IMG/VR virus record: IMGVR_UViG_3300044676_000972
Coordinates: 1-28,170 of that record
DNA length: 28,170 nt
Source of the DNA: a virus
Lineage: Duplodnaviria > Caudoviricetes
Direction: 5' to 3' (one strand)
Positions 7,450-18,700 of the stretch are shown here, one piece after another (positions within the stretch are counted from its first letter, which is position 1; every line of letters begins with the position of its first letter). Made by a program: the position numbers and the translations under genes. A model generated the notes under the pieces. The model was not told where the DNA came from, did not search any database, and was given only the letters and a program-made list of their open reading frames with translations.

Positions 7450-8283
7450 ATGGCTGTAGGCGTTTCCAATGCTTTTGTACAGTTGTTCGATGCCGAGGTT
7501 AAACAGGCATACCAAGCGCAACGCGCTTTGGCCGGTGTAACTCGCGAGCGGACAAATGTCGAAGGCAATCAGGTTAAGTTCCCAAAAATTGGTAAGGGAA
7601 CAGCAACCATTCGCGTACCACAGACAGACGTAACACCTCTGAATGTGTCGTACTCACAAGTAACCGCAACAATGTCAGACTACATTGCTGCTGAATACTC
7701 AGACATCTTTTCACAGCAGAAAATCAATTTTGATGAGCGGCGTGAATTGGTGCAAGTAGTGTCAGGTGCAATTGGACGCCGTATGGATCAGCTAGTGATT
7801 GATGCGTTGTCTGGCTCTGGAACAGCACTGACTGTTGCCACATCAGTTGGTGGCGCGGGTACAAACATGAACCTTGCCAAGCTTCTTGAGGCTAAAGAGC
7901 TTCTCGACACCGGCAACGTACCAGCACAAGATCGCTGCATGTTGATCCACGCATCAGGTTTGGCTGCATTGCTTGACGACACCAAGATCGCATCAAGCGA
8001 TTATGCTGCCGTGAAAGCTTTGGTTCAAGGCCAGCTTGACACCTTCTTGGGCTTCAAGTTTATTACCATTGGCGACCGTGACGAAGGCGGCCTGCCAAAG
8101 CCATCAACACGCACATGCTTTGCATTCCACAAGGATGCTTTGGGTATGGGCATTGGCATGAACCAGAAGACTGAAATCAACTATGTCGCTGAAAAAACGT
8201 CATTCCTTGTAGCTTCAATGTTCTCCGCAGGCGCGGTTGCCATTGATGCCGAAGGTATCGTTTCCATCAGCGCAACTGAATAG
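7450..8283 (+). CDS. Major capsid protein
   Basis: F...F..EV..AYQ, G..VKFP.IG, A.GR.MDQ.VI, G....FLGFKF motifs of podoviral HK97-fold capsids; AAGGA RBS. Confidence 0.92.
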   Translation: MAVGVSNAFVQLFDAEVKQAYQAQRALAGVTRERTNVEGNQVKFPKIGKGTATIRVPQTDVTPLNVSYSQVTATMSDYIAAEYSDIFSQQKINFDERRELVQVVSGAIGRRMDQLVIDALSGSGTALTVATSVGGAGTNMNLAKLLEAKELLDTGNVPAQDRCMLIHASGLAALLDDTKIASSDYAAVKALVQGQLDTFLGFKFITIGDRDEGGLPKPSTRTCFAFHKDALGMGIGMNQKTEINYVAEKTSFLVASMFSAGAVAIDAEGIVSISATE

Positions 8284-8298
8284 AAAGGAGTTTAGACA

Positions 8299-8571
8299 AT
8301 GGCTTTCTCTTCAGCAGGATGGAATGTTATCGGCGCAGCCAAAAAAGGCAACGCCCCTAGCATGTACACTTACACTTCAGCAGACGCGATTGCTGATGTG
8401 AACACCGAAGGTTATTTCAATGACTTGTCAGACACACTGGCAGTCGGCGATATCATCTTTGTTCACGACAGCGCGACCCCAACAATGTCAATTGCTGTGG
8501 TCTTGTCAAACGCTGCTGGCGTTGTTGACATCTCAGACGGCACGACTGTTTCAGTCGCTGACGCCGACTAA
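8299..8571 (+). CDS. Putative capsid decoration/cement protein
   Basis: Strong AAGGAG RBS; co-transcribed with the capsid before the terminator; Y...D....V...GYF......L.VGD.I motif. Confidence 0.65.
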   Translation: MAFSSAGWNVIGAAKKGNAPSMYTYTSADAIADVNTEGYFNDLSDTLAVGDIIFVHDSATPTMSIAVVLSNAAGVVDISDGTTVSVADAD

Positions 8572-8577
8572 TTGAGC

Positions 8578-8612
8578 GAGGCCGGGCAACCGGCCTCTCT
8601 TTCCTTTATTTT
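8578..8612 (+). terminator. Intrinsic terminator after head genes
   Basis: GAGGCCGG-GCAA-CCGGCCTC perfect 8-bp stem with GNRA loop, followed by a T-rich tail. Confidence 0.85.
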
Positions 8613-8623
8613 GGAGTGACGCA

Positions 8624-9238
8624 ATGTCGGCTGGTGATACCAAACTATCAATTTGTTCTGATGCTTTGATCATGCTTGGCGCGGCTCCGCTTTCATCGTT
8701 TGCCACTGGCACAGATGAGGCACAGGTTGCGGATCGTCTCTATGATGATGTTCGTGACACACTTCTAATGCAATATCCCTATTCTTGGTCAATCCGCAAA
8801 GTTCAGCTTGGCCGCCTTGCTGCCACGCCCGACAATGAATGGAAATATTCATATGCGCTGCCGGGCAATATATTAGGCAACCCAAAGGCTGTTTTTAATG
8901 TGAATGCTGTTGGCGCGAGGCCAGTGCGTGATTTTGAGATTTACAATCTTGGGCTTTATACCAATTACGAAAGCGTGTGGATTGATTACCAGTTTCGGCC
9001 AGAGCCGGTGACATTCCCGCCTTATTTTGTGCGGCTGCTAAAAATGGCATTGGCATCAGAGTTTGCCGAGCCGATCACAGATCAAATCACCAAGGCTGAT
9101 TATTATCACCAAAAGGCATATGGTGCGCCTGCCGAAAACATGCGTGGCGGTTTGGTTCGCGTTGCCATCAACATTGATGGTGCGGATCGCCCAGCACAGC
9201 AAATTCAAGAGTTCCCGATTTCAGACATAAGGTATTAA
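8624..9238 (+). CDS. Tail tubular protein A / adaptor (T7 gp11-like)
   Basis: ICS.AL..LGA.P, Y...RD.LL..YPYSW, Y.Y.LP, FP.YF...L...LA; size and position. Confidence 0.88.
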   Translation: MSAGDTKLSICSDALIMLGAAPLSSFATGTDEAQVADRLYDDVRDTLLMQYPYSWSIRKVQLGRLAATPDNEWKYSYALPGNILGNPKAVFNVNAVGARPVRDFEIYNLGLYTNYESVWIDYQFRPEPVTFPPYFVRLLKMALASEFAEPITDQITKADYYHQKAYGAPAENMRGGLVRVAINIDGADRPAQQIQEFPISDIRY

Positions 9239-9239
9239 C

Positions 9240-11444
9240 ATGAGCCGCATCATTCAGATCCAGAATGATTTTACCAGCGGTGAACTTGATCCAAAGTTAC
9301 GCGCCCGCACAGATATCAGCCAGTATAAGTCTGGCCTGACAACGGCTCGCAATGTCAGCATTCAGCCACAGGGCGGTGCCAAACGCCGTGACGGTACGCA
9401 GTTTATTGCGGCATTAGATGCTGGTGCAGCAGATGCTGTGCGTATGGTTTCCTTTGAGTTTAGTATCGCAGACAGTTACATGCTGGTGTTCACGCCGGGT
9501 CGCATGTATGTATTCAAGAACGGTGTGCAAGTGACCGGGATTAACGGCGGCACAGATTACCTTGCCATCGCCAGCCTGACCAGTGACATACTGCCAGAAA
9601 TGAATTGGGTGCAGTCTGCCGATACTGTTATCGTGGTGCATGAAGATCTGCCGCCAACAAAGATTGTTCGTGGTGCAACAGACAGTGACTGGACTGCCAG
9701 CACAATCAGTTTTGGTTTCACGCCGCTATATGCTTTTGCTCTTGATACGCACATCCCTGCTTTTAACATTACGCCATCAGCAACCGCTGGCAACATTACA
9801 CTGACTGCATCTGGCGCAACAACAGACAGCGGCAGCGCACAAGCTGGCGGCGTTGACACAATCACATTGAAAGCGGCAACATCTTACACAACTGATGATG
9901 CGCCAAATGGCATGTTTATAAAAATTACATCGGGAACAGGTGCAGGGCAAACAAGGCACGTTGAGGATTATGTTGCGTCAACTAAGGTCGCAACCGTTTA
10001 CCCGGCTTGGACAACGCAGCCAGACGCCACGTCAAATTACACTGTCAATCCATTTGAGGTTGCCGCAGAAGGCGAATACATAAACGTCCTTAATGGTTTT
10101 GGCCGTGCGCGTTACGTTGAGTTTGTAAGTCACACAGAAATGAAAGCCTATGTTGAGGTTCCATTTTTTGACACCAGCGCGATATCTTCTGGTGACTGGG
10201 AGAGCGAACACGGCTATGAAGAGGTCTGGTCAGCGACAAGAGGATATCCGCGCAGCGTGACATTTCACGAAGGCCGGTTATGGTTTGGCGGATCAAAGCA
10301 ACGCCCATCGACTGTATGGGGATCGCGGGTTTCTGACTTTTTTAACTTTGATCCCGGTGAAAGCTTAGATGATGCGTCTGTGTCTGCAACGCTAGACACC
10401 GGCACGTTTAATGCGATTGTCGATATTTACTCTGGGCGTCACTTGCAGATCTTTACGACTGGTGCTGAATTTTATGTGCCGCAAACGCTAGACACGCCAA
10501 TCACGCCCACCAACTTGATTGTTAAGCAGCAGACAGCTTTTGGCATGAAGCCGGGCATCAGGCTGCAAAACGTGGATGGCTCAACATTGTTCATTCAACG
10601 TCAAGGCAAGGCATTACAAGAGTTTGTCTTTAGTGACACTGTGCAAGCTTACACATCTACCAAGATATCGCTGCTATCATCGCATCTGTTGAAGTCACCG
10701 CAGGAAATGGCCGTGCGCGTTGCAACGTCAACCGATGAGGGCGACCGCCTAATGATCATCAATGGTGACGATGGCAGCATTGCTTGTTATACCTTGCTGC
10801 GAAGCCAGAACGTAATTGCGCCGTCAGAATGGACAACCGATGGCGAGTTCATAAATATCGGCGTTGACGTTGATGATATTTATATCGTGGTCAAGCGAGT
10901 GGTGAATAGTGTCGATGTTTACTATGTCGAAAGGTTTGATGCAGATATCTTGCTCGACAGTGCTGTTTCCGGCGGCGCGGCGTCATCTGTTAATGTTGAT
11001 CACCTAGAGGCAGCAACGGTCAAGGTTATTCGCGATGGTATTGTTGAGCCTGATCAAACTGTACCGGCCTCACCATTTACCATTACATTTGCCAGCGCGG
11101 CGGCTACAAGCCACGAGGTTGGCCTTAACTTTACGCCAGAGGTAAAGACACTGCCGGTTGAGCCGAACTTGCCCAGCGGGTCTTTAAAGGGCTTTAAGAA
11201 GCGTATCTTTGAGGTAAATGCTGAACTATACGAAACGCAGTCTCTAACAATTGACGGCAAGCTTGTTCCATTTAGATCTTTTGGCACTGGCGTTTTTGGC
11301 AGTGCTGTGCCGGAATACACTGGCATCAAGACATTGCACGGCATTTTGGGTTATACTTACAATGGGCAGATAACAATAGGCCAAGAGGTTCCGCTAAAGA
11401 TGACCTTGCTTGGCATTGATTACAAAGTGAGCGTAGGACAGTAA
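9240..11444 (+). CDS. Tail tubular protein B / nozzle (T7 gp12-like)
   Basis: F.SGEL.P.L..R.D, N....QGG..RR.G, YP..V.FHEGRLWFGG, W.SR..DF.NF. Confidence 0.9.
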   Translation: MSRIIQIQNDFTSGELDPKLRARTDISQYKSGLTTARNVSIQPQGGAKRRDGTQFIAALDAGAADAVRMVSFEFSIADSYMLVFTPGRMYVFKNGVQVTGINGGTDYLAIASLTSDILPEMNWVQSADTVIVVHEDLPPTKIVRGATDSDWTASTISFGFTPLYAFALDTHIPAFNITPSATAGNITLTASGATTDSGSAQAGGVDTITLKAATSYTTDDAPNGMFIKITSGTGAGQTRHVEDYVASTKVATVYPAWTTQPDATSNYTVNPFEVAAEGEYINVLNGFGRARYVEFVSHTEMKAYVEVPFFDTSAISSGDWESEHGYEEVWSATRGYPRSVTFHEGRLWFGGSKQRPSTVWGSRVSDFFNFDPGESLDDASVSATLDTGTFNAIVDIYSGRHLQIFTTGAEFYVPQTLDTPITPTNLIVKQQTAFGMKPGIRLQNVDGSTLFIQRQGKALQEFVFSDTVQAYTSTKISLLSSHLLKSPQEMAVRVATSTDEGDRLMIINGDDGSIACYTLLRSQNVIAPSEWTTDGEFINIGVDVDDIYIVVKRVVNSVDVYYVERFDADILLDSAVSGGAASSVNVDHLEAATVKVIRDGIVEPDQTVPASPFTITFASAAATSHEVGLNFTPEVKTLPVEPNLPSGSLKGFKKRIFEVNAELYETQSLTIDGKLVPFRSFGTGVFGSAVPEYTGIKTLHGILGYTYNGQITIGQEVPLKMTLLGIDYKVSVGQ

Positions 11445-11445
11445 G

Positions 11446-11964
11446 ATGGCACAGGCATTACCATTTATCGTAGCGGGTTTGGCTGGTTTAACCGCCGTTT
11501 CGCAATTGCAGGCTGGCAAGGCACAAGCCAAAGGTTTGATGCAGCAAGCTGCGTTTAAGAAGGTGCAGGCTAAATCTGAGGCTTTAAAATATAAACAGCA
11601 GGGCGTAAATGTTTTGGACAACATCCTGTCAACGCAGGCAACAATTAATGCCAGAGCCGGTGCCGGTGGTATTGATCCATTTAGCGGCAGTGCTAGATCA
11701 TTGCAGCAATTGGCGTTGGCTAAAGGTGCCACCGAAAAATATTTAACTGACGAAGGTTTTTCAATTCAGATTGGTATGGGTGACGCCCAAGCGCAGCAAT
11801 ATGCGTCACAGGCAAAATCAGCTATGGCAACAGCCAGAACGCAAGCGTTTAGCACATTGTTTTCGGCTGCGGCTGGTCAAATGGCTATGGGTGGTGCGCC
11901 GGGTGGTGGCAATAGCTTTAGCGGCATTGGTGATGCGCCCGGCACTGCAATGGGAACTGGATAA
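11446..11964 (+). CDS. Internal virion/ejection protein (gp14-like)
   Basis: Ala/Gly/Gln-rich with hydrophobic ends, A.AG.GID..SGS motif; follows the nozzle. Confidence 0.7.
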   Translation: MAQALPFIVAGLAGLTAVSQLQAGKAQAKGLMQQAAFKKVQAKSEALKYKQQGVNVLDNILSTQATINARAGAGGIDPFSGSARSLQQLALAKGATEKYLTDEGFSIQIGMGDAQAQQYASQAKSAMATARTQAFSTLFSAAAGQMAMGGAPGGGNSFSGIGDAPGTAMGTG

Positions 11965-13766
11965 TGGCAGAGTTACCTAGATACCGCCCATTAGGCGTAG
12001 CAATACCATCAGTGCCAACAGTTGATTTTGTTGCGACTGGCAATGCCCGCGCTCGCGCTTATAACGCGATTGCCGAAGGTCTGAACTCAATGACCGACTA
12101 CGCTTACAAAAGGCAAGTGGCAGCGACTAAGCGCGAGGCTGCGCAGTATGCTTTTGAAAACCCTGTAACGGCTCAACAGATTGCTGACGCTCAATCTGGT
12201 GGCATTAGCTTAGATGACCTTGTTGGTGATCCAGACACAGTGTTTGGTGCCGTAACGCGGGCAACAACAGCGCAGCAAGTCACAGCGCAATTAGAGGGTG
12301 AAGCCCGGCACAAATTGTCACAATGGGCAGCAATGATTGACGGTGGTGCTGACGTTGATATTGAGGCAATGCGGCGCGACATTACCGGCATGTCACAAGC
12401 TAACACAGAAATTATTGGGCAGTTAAGCCCAGAACTTGCCACCAAATATTCTGCCAGCATTGCCGCGCTGGCATCGCCAGTTTATAAATCTGCGCTTGAG
12501 CGTGATTTAAAACTGCGCCAATCAGCCTTAAAGGCCAAGGTTGCTATTCAAGCTGAAAGCCTTGGTGATGCGCTTAGAAACATATACACACAAGATCGCG
12601 GCGCATTTGTCGAAGGAACAACAACACTGGAATCAATCGCTGCGGCTGATGTTGCTATTAGCATCCTTGGCAACAGCGCAAGGTCAACAAATGATGCGGC
12701 TTATGCTGTTGCGGTTCAAGCCGAAGCAATGAAAGCTAATAATCAAATAAAGCGCGATGTTCTGTCAGAAAGCGTCTTTGAGGATGCTTTTGCTACTACT
12801 AATGCAAAAAGAATATCTAGGGTGCGCAAAGGTGATTTTGGCGAAAAAACCGCGCTTTTCAATTCGCTTTCACTTGAGGATCAATCGGCAGTAAGAAATG
12901 CAATTAGAGAAAGAATTGATGCTCGGATAAAGGATGACGATATACAGGAAAAGCTTCTTGATAAAGATAGCGCCGCAGCGTTTACCGTTCTGGCTGAAAA
13001 ATTTCACGATGCGCCAAGTGGCCCAGAACAAGATCGAATTGTCGCCGATATGTATGAGATTGCTCGCGTAACAAATAATAGAGTTGTAAATCCCACCACT
13101 ATTAATGGTTTAATATCATCCAAAAGATCTGCTGATAAAGCTAAAAAAGAACCAACAAAAAACCCAAAAGGCGTAGGCCGATTAAAGTTAGAAATTTACG
13201 AAGATAAAATTCAAACTGTACCACAGCTTGAAGCAAGGGCGCTTGAGCTTGATGTAACTATTGAGGAATGGTCTAGTTTAATTACAACAATAGAAAAAAA
13301 CAAAGACGCTGATTACAGACTAGGTTTGAGAGAAATTAACCGTGCCGCTAAAATTTACCCCGGTAGCGGCCAAGCCCCCACACAAAAACAAATTAATAAA
13401 CAAATCAATTACGAAAAGAAAATGGATCGTGAGTTTGATTTGCGTCTTAAAGAATGGGAAGATGGTGGTATGATTGGCCCACGGCCATCTTATGTTGATA
13501 TTGCAAAAGAAATTACTCAAGCCGCGCAAGCGAGTAAGTTCCAAACGGCAATAGACAATAAATTTAGATCGTATAAAACGGATTTCCCCAGTCTTTCAGC
13601 TTATTTTACAGAACAAAAGTTTGAAGATCTTGAGGAAATTTTGCGTGACGATGATGCGCTAAGAGATTTTGGTTTAACTAAAAAACAAATAAAACGATTG
13701 AGGGGAAACTATTCCTTGGACGTTGACTTCATTAACGAGCAAATAAGCGGTCGGGATGGGCTGTAA
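11964..13766 (+). CDS. Internal virion/ejection protein (gp15-like)
   Basis: 600-aa helical-looking protein; position; TAATG coupling. Confidence 0.6.
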   Translation: MAELPRYRPLGVAIPSVPTVDFVATGNARARAYNAIAEGLNSMTDYAYKRQVAATKREAAQYAFENPVTAQQIADAQSGGISLDDLVGDPDTVFGAVTRATTAQQVTAQLEGEARHKLSQWAAMIDGGADVDIEAMRRDITGMSQANTEIIGQLSPELATKYSASIAALASPVYKSALERDLKLRQSALKAKVAIQAESLGDALRNIYTQDRGAFVEGTTTLESIAAADVAISILGNSARSTNDAAYAVAVQAEAMKANNQIKRDVLSESVFEDAFATTNAKRISRVRKGDFGEKTALFNSLSLEDQSAVRNAIRERIDARIKDDDIQEKLLDKDSAAAFTVLAEKFHDAPSGPEQDRIVADMYEIARVTNNRVVNPTTINGLISSKRSADKAKKEPTKNPKGVGRLKLEIYEDKIQTVPQLEARALELDVTIEEWSSLITTIEKNKDADYRLGLREINRAAKIYPGSGQAPTQKQINKQINYEKKMDREFDLRLKEWEDGGMIGPRPSYVDIAKEITQAAQASKFQTAIDNKFRSYKTDFPSLSAYFTEQKFEDLEEILRDDDALRDFGLTKKQIKRLRGNYSLDVDFINEQISGRDGL

Positions 13767-15715
13767 TGGATAATTTTGATCAGGTAATAATGCGCCGGTT
13801 TATTGATGACAACGTCACGTCACGAGACGTGGTACCAATTGAAATGCCCACAGACAGAACTGGGGCTGATCTTGCAGAAAAAATGCGTGGGCCAGACACT
13901 TTGCAAGAAGCCGACATTTTGCGTGATCGTCAGTTTGCGCAACATGCAAGAGATATTCACAAGCTTTACGAAGGCACAGATTTCACAGGCACAGAGCGCG
14001 AGGCTGCTGAATACGGTTTAGAAATTATGGGGGAGTTTTATTTTAATTTTGCTGGCCCCGGCATAGGTGACAATCCCGGCACGATTATGCAGGCAGCAAA
14101 GTTAATAGCAAGCGGAACAGAGGATACAGCCAACAGTTTTCTTTATATGTTAGACCAATACGAGCAATTGCCAAACTGGACAGGCTCTGGCTTGGCGCGA
14201 GCCTTTAATGGCATTTTTAGCGACCCAACAACATATGCGGGGTTGTTTACTTTAGGCGGGTCGTGGTTAGCAAAAAAACTAGCCGGTGGCGCAGCGCGTG
14301 AAGGTGTCAGGCTATCATTACAAAACATTGCAAAAAATGCTTTGTCGCAAAAAGGCGCAGTTGGCGCGGTTACTCGAACCGCAGCAGAATACCCAGCGCG
14401 TGTCACTGCTGGCACTACAGCATTTCAAGGCGGGGTTAGTGACATTGCGGAGCAATCTATTGAGGTTGAGGCTGGTATTGAGCGCGATGTAACTGACCGC
14501 ATAACTCAGAACCTGTTAGTCACTGGCATTAGTGGTGTTGCCGGTTATGGGATGGCAAAGGGCGCTGGCGTGGTCGGCAATATGTTGTCAGATGCTGCCA
14601 CCAGTGCTGCACCCATAATTGACCAAGCCGGACAAGCAGCCGAAGCGCGTATGGCCGAGCGTGGCCCAATAACAGATCGCCTTATGTCTGGCGGTGACCC
14701 TATGGATGTGGTTGACCCAGCGTTAGCTGCGGCTGGTAAGTTGGTTAGGCCAACAAAAGAAAACCCAGTTACTGCTGTTGCACCAACAGAAACTGAGCCG
14801 GGCATCATTGCGTTCCACGGTTCTGGCGCAGACTTTGACCAGTTTAGCCTAGAAAAAATTGGCACTGGCGAAGGCGCACAGGCTTATGGCTATGGGCTGT
14901 ATTTTACTGATAGCGAGGACATAGCTAAGTTTTATAGGGATGCTGTTACAGATCCGGGTGGGGTTCCTTTAATGTATAAGGGAAAAAAATTAGATACACC
15001 TTGGACAGATGAGATCGAAGAACGATTTGCAGATGAGTTAGCCGGACTTAGTGAAGGCGAAAAAGATGATTTTATTGCAGTCCTTGCAAATTTGTCTCAA
15101 ATCAATCTTAAATCAGATGCTCCTTCTTTAAGAGAAAGCTCAATAAACCAAGGTCGTCAACAAAGAATTTTTGACAAAATTATAAATGATGTTGAACAAC
15201 CTGATCTTGGTGAAGGCAAAATGTACAAAGTAGGTCTTGAGCCAAACCCAGATGATATGCTGAATTATCAAACCACATTTGCCGACCAGCCTAAAAAGGT
15301 GCAGGACGCATTAAAGGCAATTGGGTATGAGGTTGAGAAAAACCTAGTTGGTCAGAAAAAACCAAAAACACAAATTGATCTTGCGATGCGCCGCCCAATG
15401 CCTATGATCCTTGATAGTCTCAAGAAGCGTATTATTGAGGACATTAGGGCTGGCAAACAAGATCCCGGTCGTGCCGATAAAATACTGTCTGAGAAGTTGC
15501 TTAAACAAGGCATCCCCGGCATCAAATATCGAGCTGCTGGGTCGCGTGGAGCTAGTGTTGACGCAGCAGATGTTAAAATGAACTATGTCATCTTTGACGA
15601 TAAAGCGATCAAGATATTAGAGAAATATGGTATTGTTGGGCCTGTAGCTGTTACAGCACTTGGCACAGCAAAGCAGCAAGACGGCAACGACAGAACACAG
15701 AACGAGGCTATGTGA
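13766..15715 (+). CDS. Putative ejection protein with C-terminal ADP-ribosyltransferase-like (polyvalent-protein type) domain
   Basis: Gly/Ala-rich hydrophobic middle; FHGS...FDQF...IGTGEGAQAYGYGLYFT.....A..Y and GIPGIKY...NYVIFDD. Confidence 0.65.
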   Translation: MDNFDQVIMRRFIDDNVTSRDVVPIEMPTDRTGADLAEKMRGPDTLQEADILRDRQFAQHARDIHKLYEGTDFTGTEREAAEYGLEIMGEFYFNFAGPGIGDNPGTIMQAAKLIASGTEDTANSFLYMLDQYEQLPNWTGSGLARAFNGIFSDPTTYAGLFTLGGSWLAKKLAGGAAREGVRLSLQNIAKNALSQKGAVGAVTRTAAEYPARVTAGTTAFQGGVSDIAEQSIEVEAGIERDVTDRITQNLLVTGISGVAGYGMAKGAGVVGNMLSDAATSAAPIIDQAGQAAEARMAERGPITDRLMSGGDPMDVVDPALAAAGKLVRPTKENPVTAVAPTETEPGIIAFHGSGADFDQFSLEKIGTGEGAQAYGYGLYFTDSEDIAKFYRDAVTDPGGVPLMYKGKKLDTPWTDEIEERFADELAGLSEGEKDDFIAVLANLSQINLKSDAPSLRESSINQGRQQRIFDKIINDVEQPDLGEGKMYKVGLEPNPDDMLNYQTTFADQPKKVQDALKAIGYEVEKNLVGQKKPKTQIDLAMRRPMPMILDSLKKRIIEDIRAGKQDPGRADKILSEKLLKQGIPGIKYRAAGSRGASVDAADVKMNYVIFDDKAIKILEKYGIVGPVAVTALGTAKQQDGNDRTQNEAM

Positions 15716-18700
15716 TGGCAATCAGACCACCTGATTTAAATGCCTTAATTGAGGGCGCTGACGACAATCGGCCAAGCACTGCTGACGGCATCCAAGAAGC
15801 TGGTTTGTTTTCTGTTTTTGGAAAGTCAACAGCCAGACAAGCTATTGATCCGCTGACAAAGCGAGGGGCTAGAACATCACCTGATTACAGAGTTGTTGAG
15901 CCTGACAATACTGTGCCGCCAACAGTAGCTGACGAGCCACCGGCTGCCCCTGTTTCAGATGTTCCATCTGATGTTATAGACACGCCACCAGAACCAGCCG
16001 CAGTTCCCACGCCGCCAAAGCCAATATCTGAGAAGGCGCTGGCAGATCTTGAGGCTGAACGCGCTGCACAAATTGGTACGGCCAGACAAGCGCCTAGCCC
16101 CACTAAGGCGCAAAAGCTGGCGGGCGTTGAGCGCGGCCCAGCCCGAACAACTTTTTATGATGAAGATGAACTGGCTGCAACAGTGCAGGCTGTCGCAAAA
16201 ACTATGACAGTCGATACTGGACGCCAAAGCATACAGAGCATTAGGGATAAAGCGTTTGCGTCCGGCGTTCCTGAGAAGCAGCTTAAACGTATGTTTGATG
16301 GGTTGAACCTAGAAGGTGAAATTGGAAACAATAAACTAGCAATACAACTGGCGTCTTTGCAAGCGCTGCACGATGAAAGCGCCCAGCGCGTTGACGCATT
16401 GATGGCTAAAGCCGCATCTAACGAACTTGACAGCGCGGGCAAGTTGGACTTGCGGCAAGCGCTTGCACAGCATGAAATTATTTTCACTGCATTATCCGGC
16501 GCTAAAAGTGATGTTGCCCGGTCTATGAATGTGTTTAAAAATGTTCGCGACAAAACTATTGGTGCATCCCAAGTAAAGGCCGCACTTGATAGTTTTGGCG
16601 GCGATGACCAGCTACGCGCTTTGGCAGAAAAATATGTAACAACCGAAACCCGCGCTGGTAAAAACAAAATTATTAAAACCAGTCTTGCCAAAAAGACCTA
16701 TGAAAGCTGGATCTATATGGCGCAGTCAATGGCTCTCACTGCCTTTGACACGCATCTCTATAATATGGCTGGCGGTATGGCGTCTATCTTAATGGACGTA
16801 CCTGAGAGAGCCGCAGCCATACCGTTTGGCATTGCGCGGCAAGCAATTCAAAAAGCTGTTGGCCTGCAACCAAATCCAGAACGCTATTATGCTGATGAGG
16901 TTATGGCTCGCGCGTCAGGCTTTAGGAATGGTTTAATTGACGGCATTCATATGGCGGCAAAAAAGGTTCGAGATTACGACCCATCAGCAAAAGACGCCAG
17001 CAAAAACCCAATTTCAAGTGCCTACTGGGCAAACACACAAATCGGCACTTTTCGCGGTAAGGTGATTTCGACTGGTGGTATGGACGGCGCAGTAGGAAAA
17101 ATGGTTGATGCTGTTGGCAATGTTTATGCTTCACCATTTGTTGCGCTTGGTGCGGGTGATGAAATATTTGGTGGCATTGCAGCTCGGATGGAACTGCACG
17201 AGCAGGCTTACAATCACGCTAAAAAAATTATTGATGACGCATTGGCTAGCGGGTCGTCAGAAAAAGAGGCTATCGAAAAAGCAGAGCAAGCTGCCATAGA
17301 GTTCTTGACTGAGCGCCCAGCAGACGTTGAGGCTAGTGTGCAAGCGTGGCGCAAACAAGCTACGTTACAAGATGACATTGACCGCACTAACAAAGCTGGT
17401 AAAGTTTTTCACCTTGCAAATAAAATGATTAGCAGCCCCATACTAAAACCGTTGGTGCTGTTTTCTAAAACTGTTACAAACATTGGCATTGAGGCCGGTG
17501 CCAGAAGCCCATTGTTCTTTGCGTCTCCGCGTTTCCATACAGAGTGGAACAAGGGGGGTAAGTACAGAGATCTAGCTTTAGGCCGTGCCGCCTTTGGTTC
17601 TGGCATAATGATAGCTGGTGTAACAGCCGCACAGCATGACAAGATTACTGGACAAGGGCCGCCTGATACAGAAGAGCGCCGCAATCTAAGATCTGCTGGT
17701 TGGCAACCGTTTGCGTACAAAGCGGGAGAGGGCGAGATATCATCTGAGGTTGTGACGAGCCTGCAAAGAATTTTGGGCGATGATGCTGTTACAGTCGGCA
17801 CTGGGCAGTTTACCGGCTACACATATATATCGTTAAAAAGATTGGAGCCAATAAGCGCACCATTCTTGATGGGCGCAGCTTTTTCTGATGCTTTAAAGTT
17901 TAGGCAGTATGACCCCGATGACACGATAATGAGTGAGATGGCGTCTGCTTCAGTTGCTGCTGTGGCTGAATATTCGCAGAACCTAAGTTCGCTGCAAGCC
18001 ATCAATGAGCTTGCTAGTATATTTAACCAACGTCAGACCGATGGGGGCGAAAGGTTCCTTTCAATAGTTGACGCTTTAGCAAAAAGATACGGCAGCACAG
18101 TTATATCTGGCACACCGGGTTTGGGGTTAGCTAATAGCACAATCGTAGCCCGCATAGAGTCAATGATTGATCCGACCGTAAGGTCAAGCCGCGTCACAGA
18201 AGATCAAACAACAACGGTTGGCGCGCGAGGGTTTACTGAGGCGTGGAATAAATTTATGACACGCATCCCCGGCATCTCCGAAGATGCTTTGCCTATTATT
18301 GATGAGTATGGAAACACGCCGGGATTAGACAAGACACTGTGGTACACGCCCTTAACAGCAACGGTCGCCGAGCGTAATGAGCTAACCGAGATGCTTGCCG
18401 CAATTAATCACGGATATTCCAAAGCAAGTAATAGTTATAATGGCGTTTATTTGCCAGCAGAAGCCTACTATCGGCGCAACGATCTGGCAGCAAATAAAAT
18501 TATGGTTGACGGTTTAAGGTTAGCAGAAGCGAACTTAATAGACGTTCAGTCCTACCTTGATGACGCAAAGGCTCAAGGCATTACGCCGCGCATTGGGATT
18601 ATGCAAAGCATAGTGGATAGCAACGTGTCGGAGTATCGCAATATAGCACATGAGCGAATGTTTGGAAAAATGATAAAAAACCCAGACGGAACATTTACGC

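Noticed and set aside
8281-8299. Capsid and downstream 90-aa ORF are in the same frame (possible read-through extension)
   Set aside because: Two in-frame TAG codons intervene, the downstream gene has its own strong RBS, and TAG ends other genes normally, so there is no sign of recoding.
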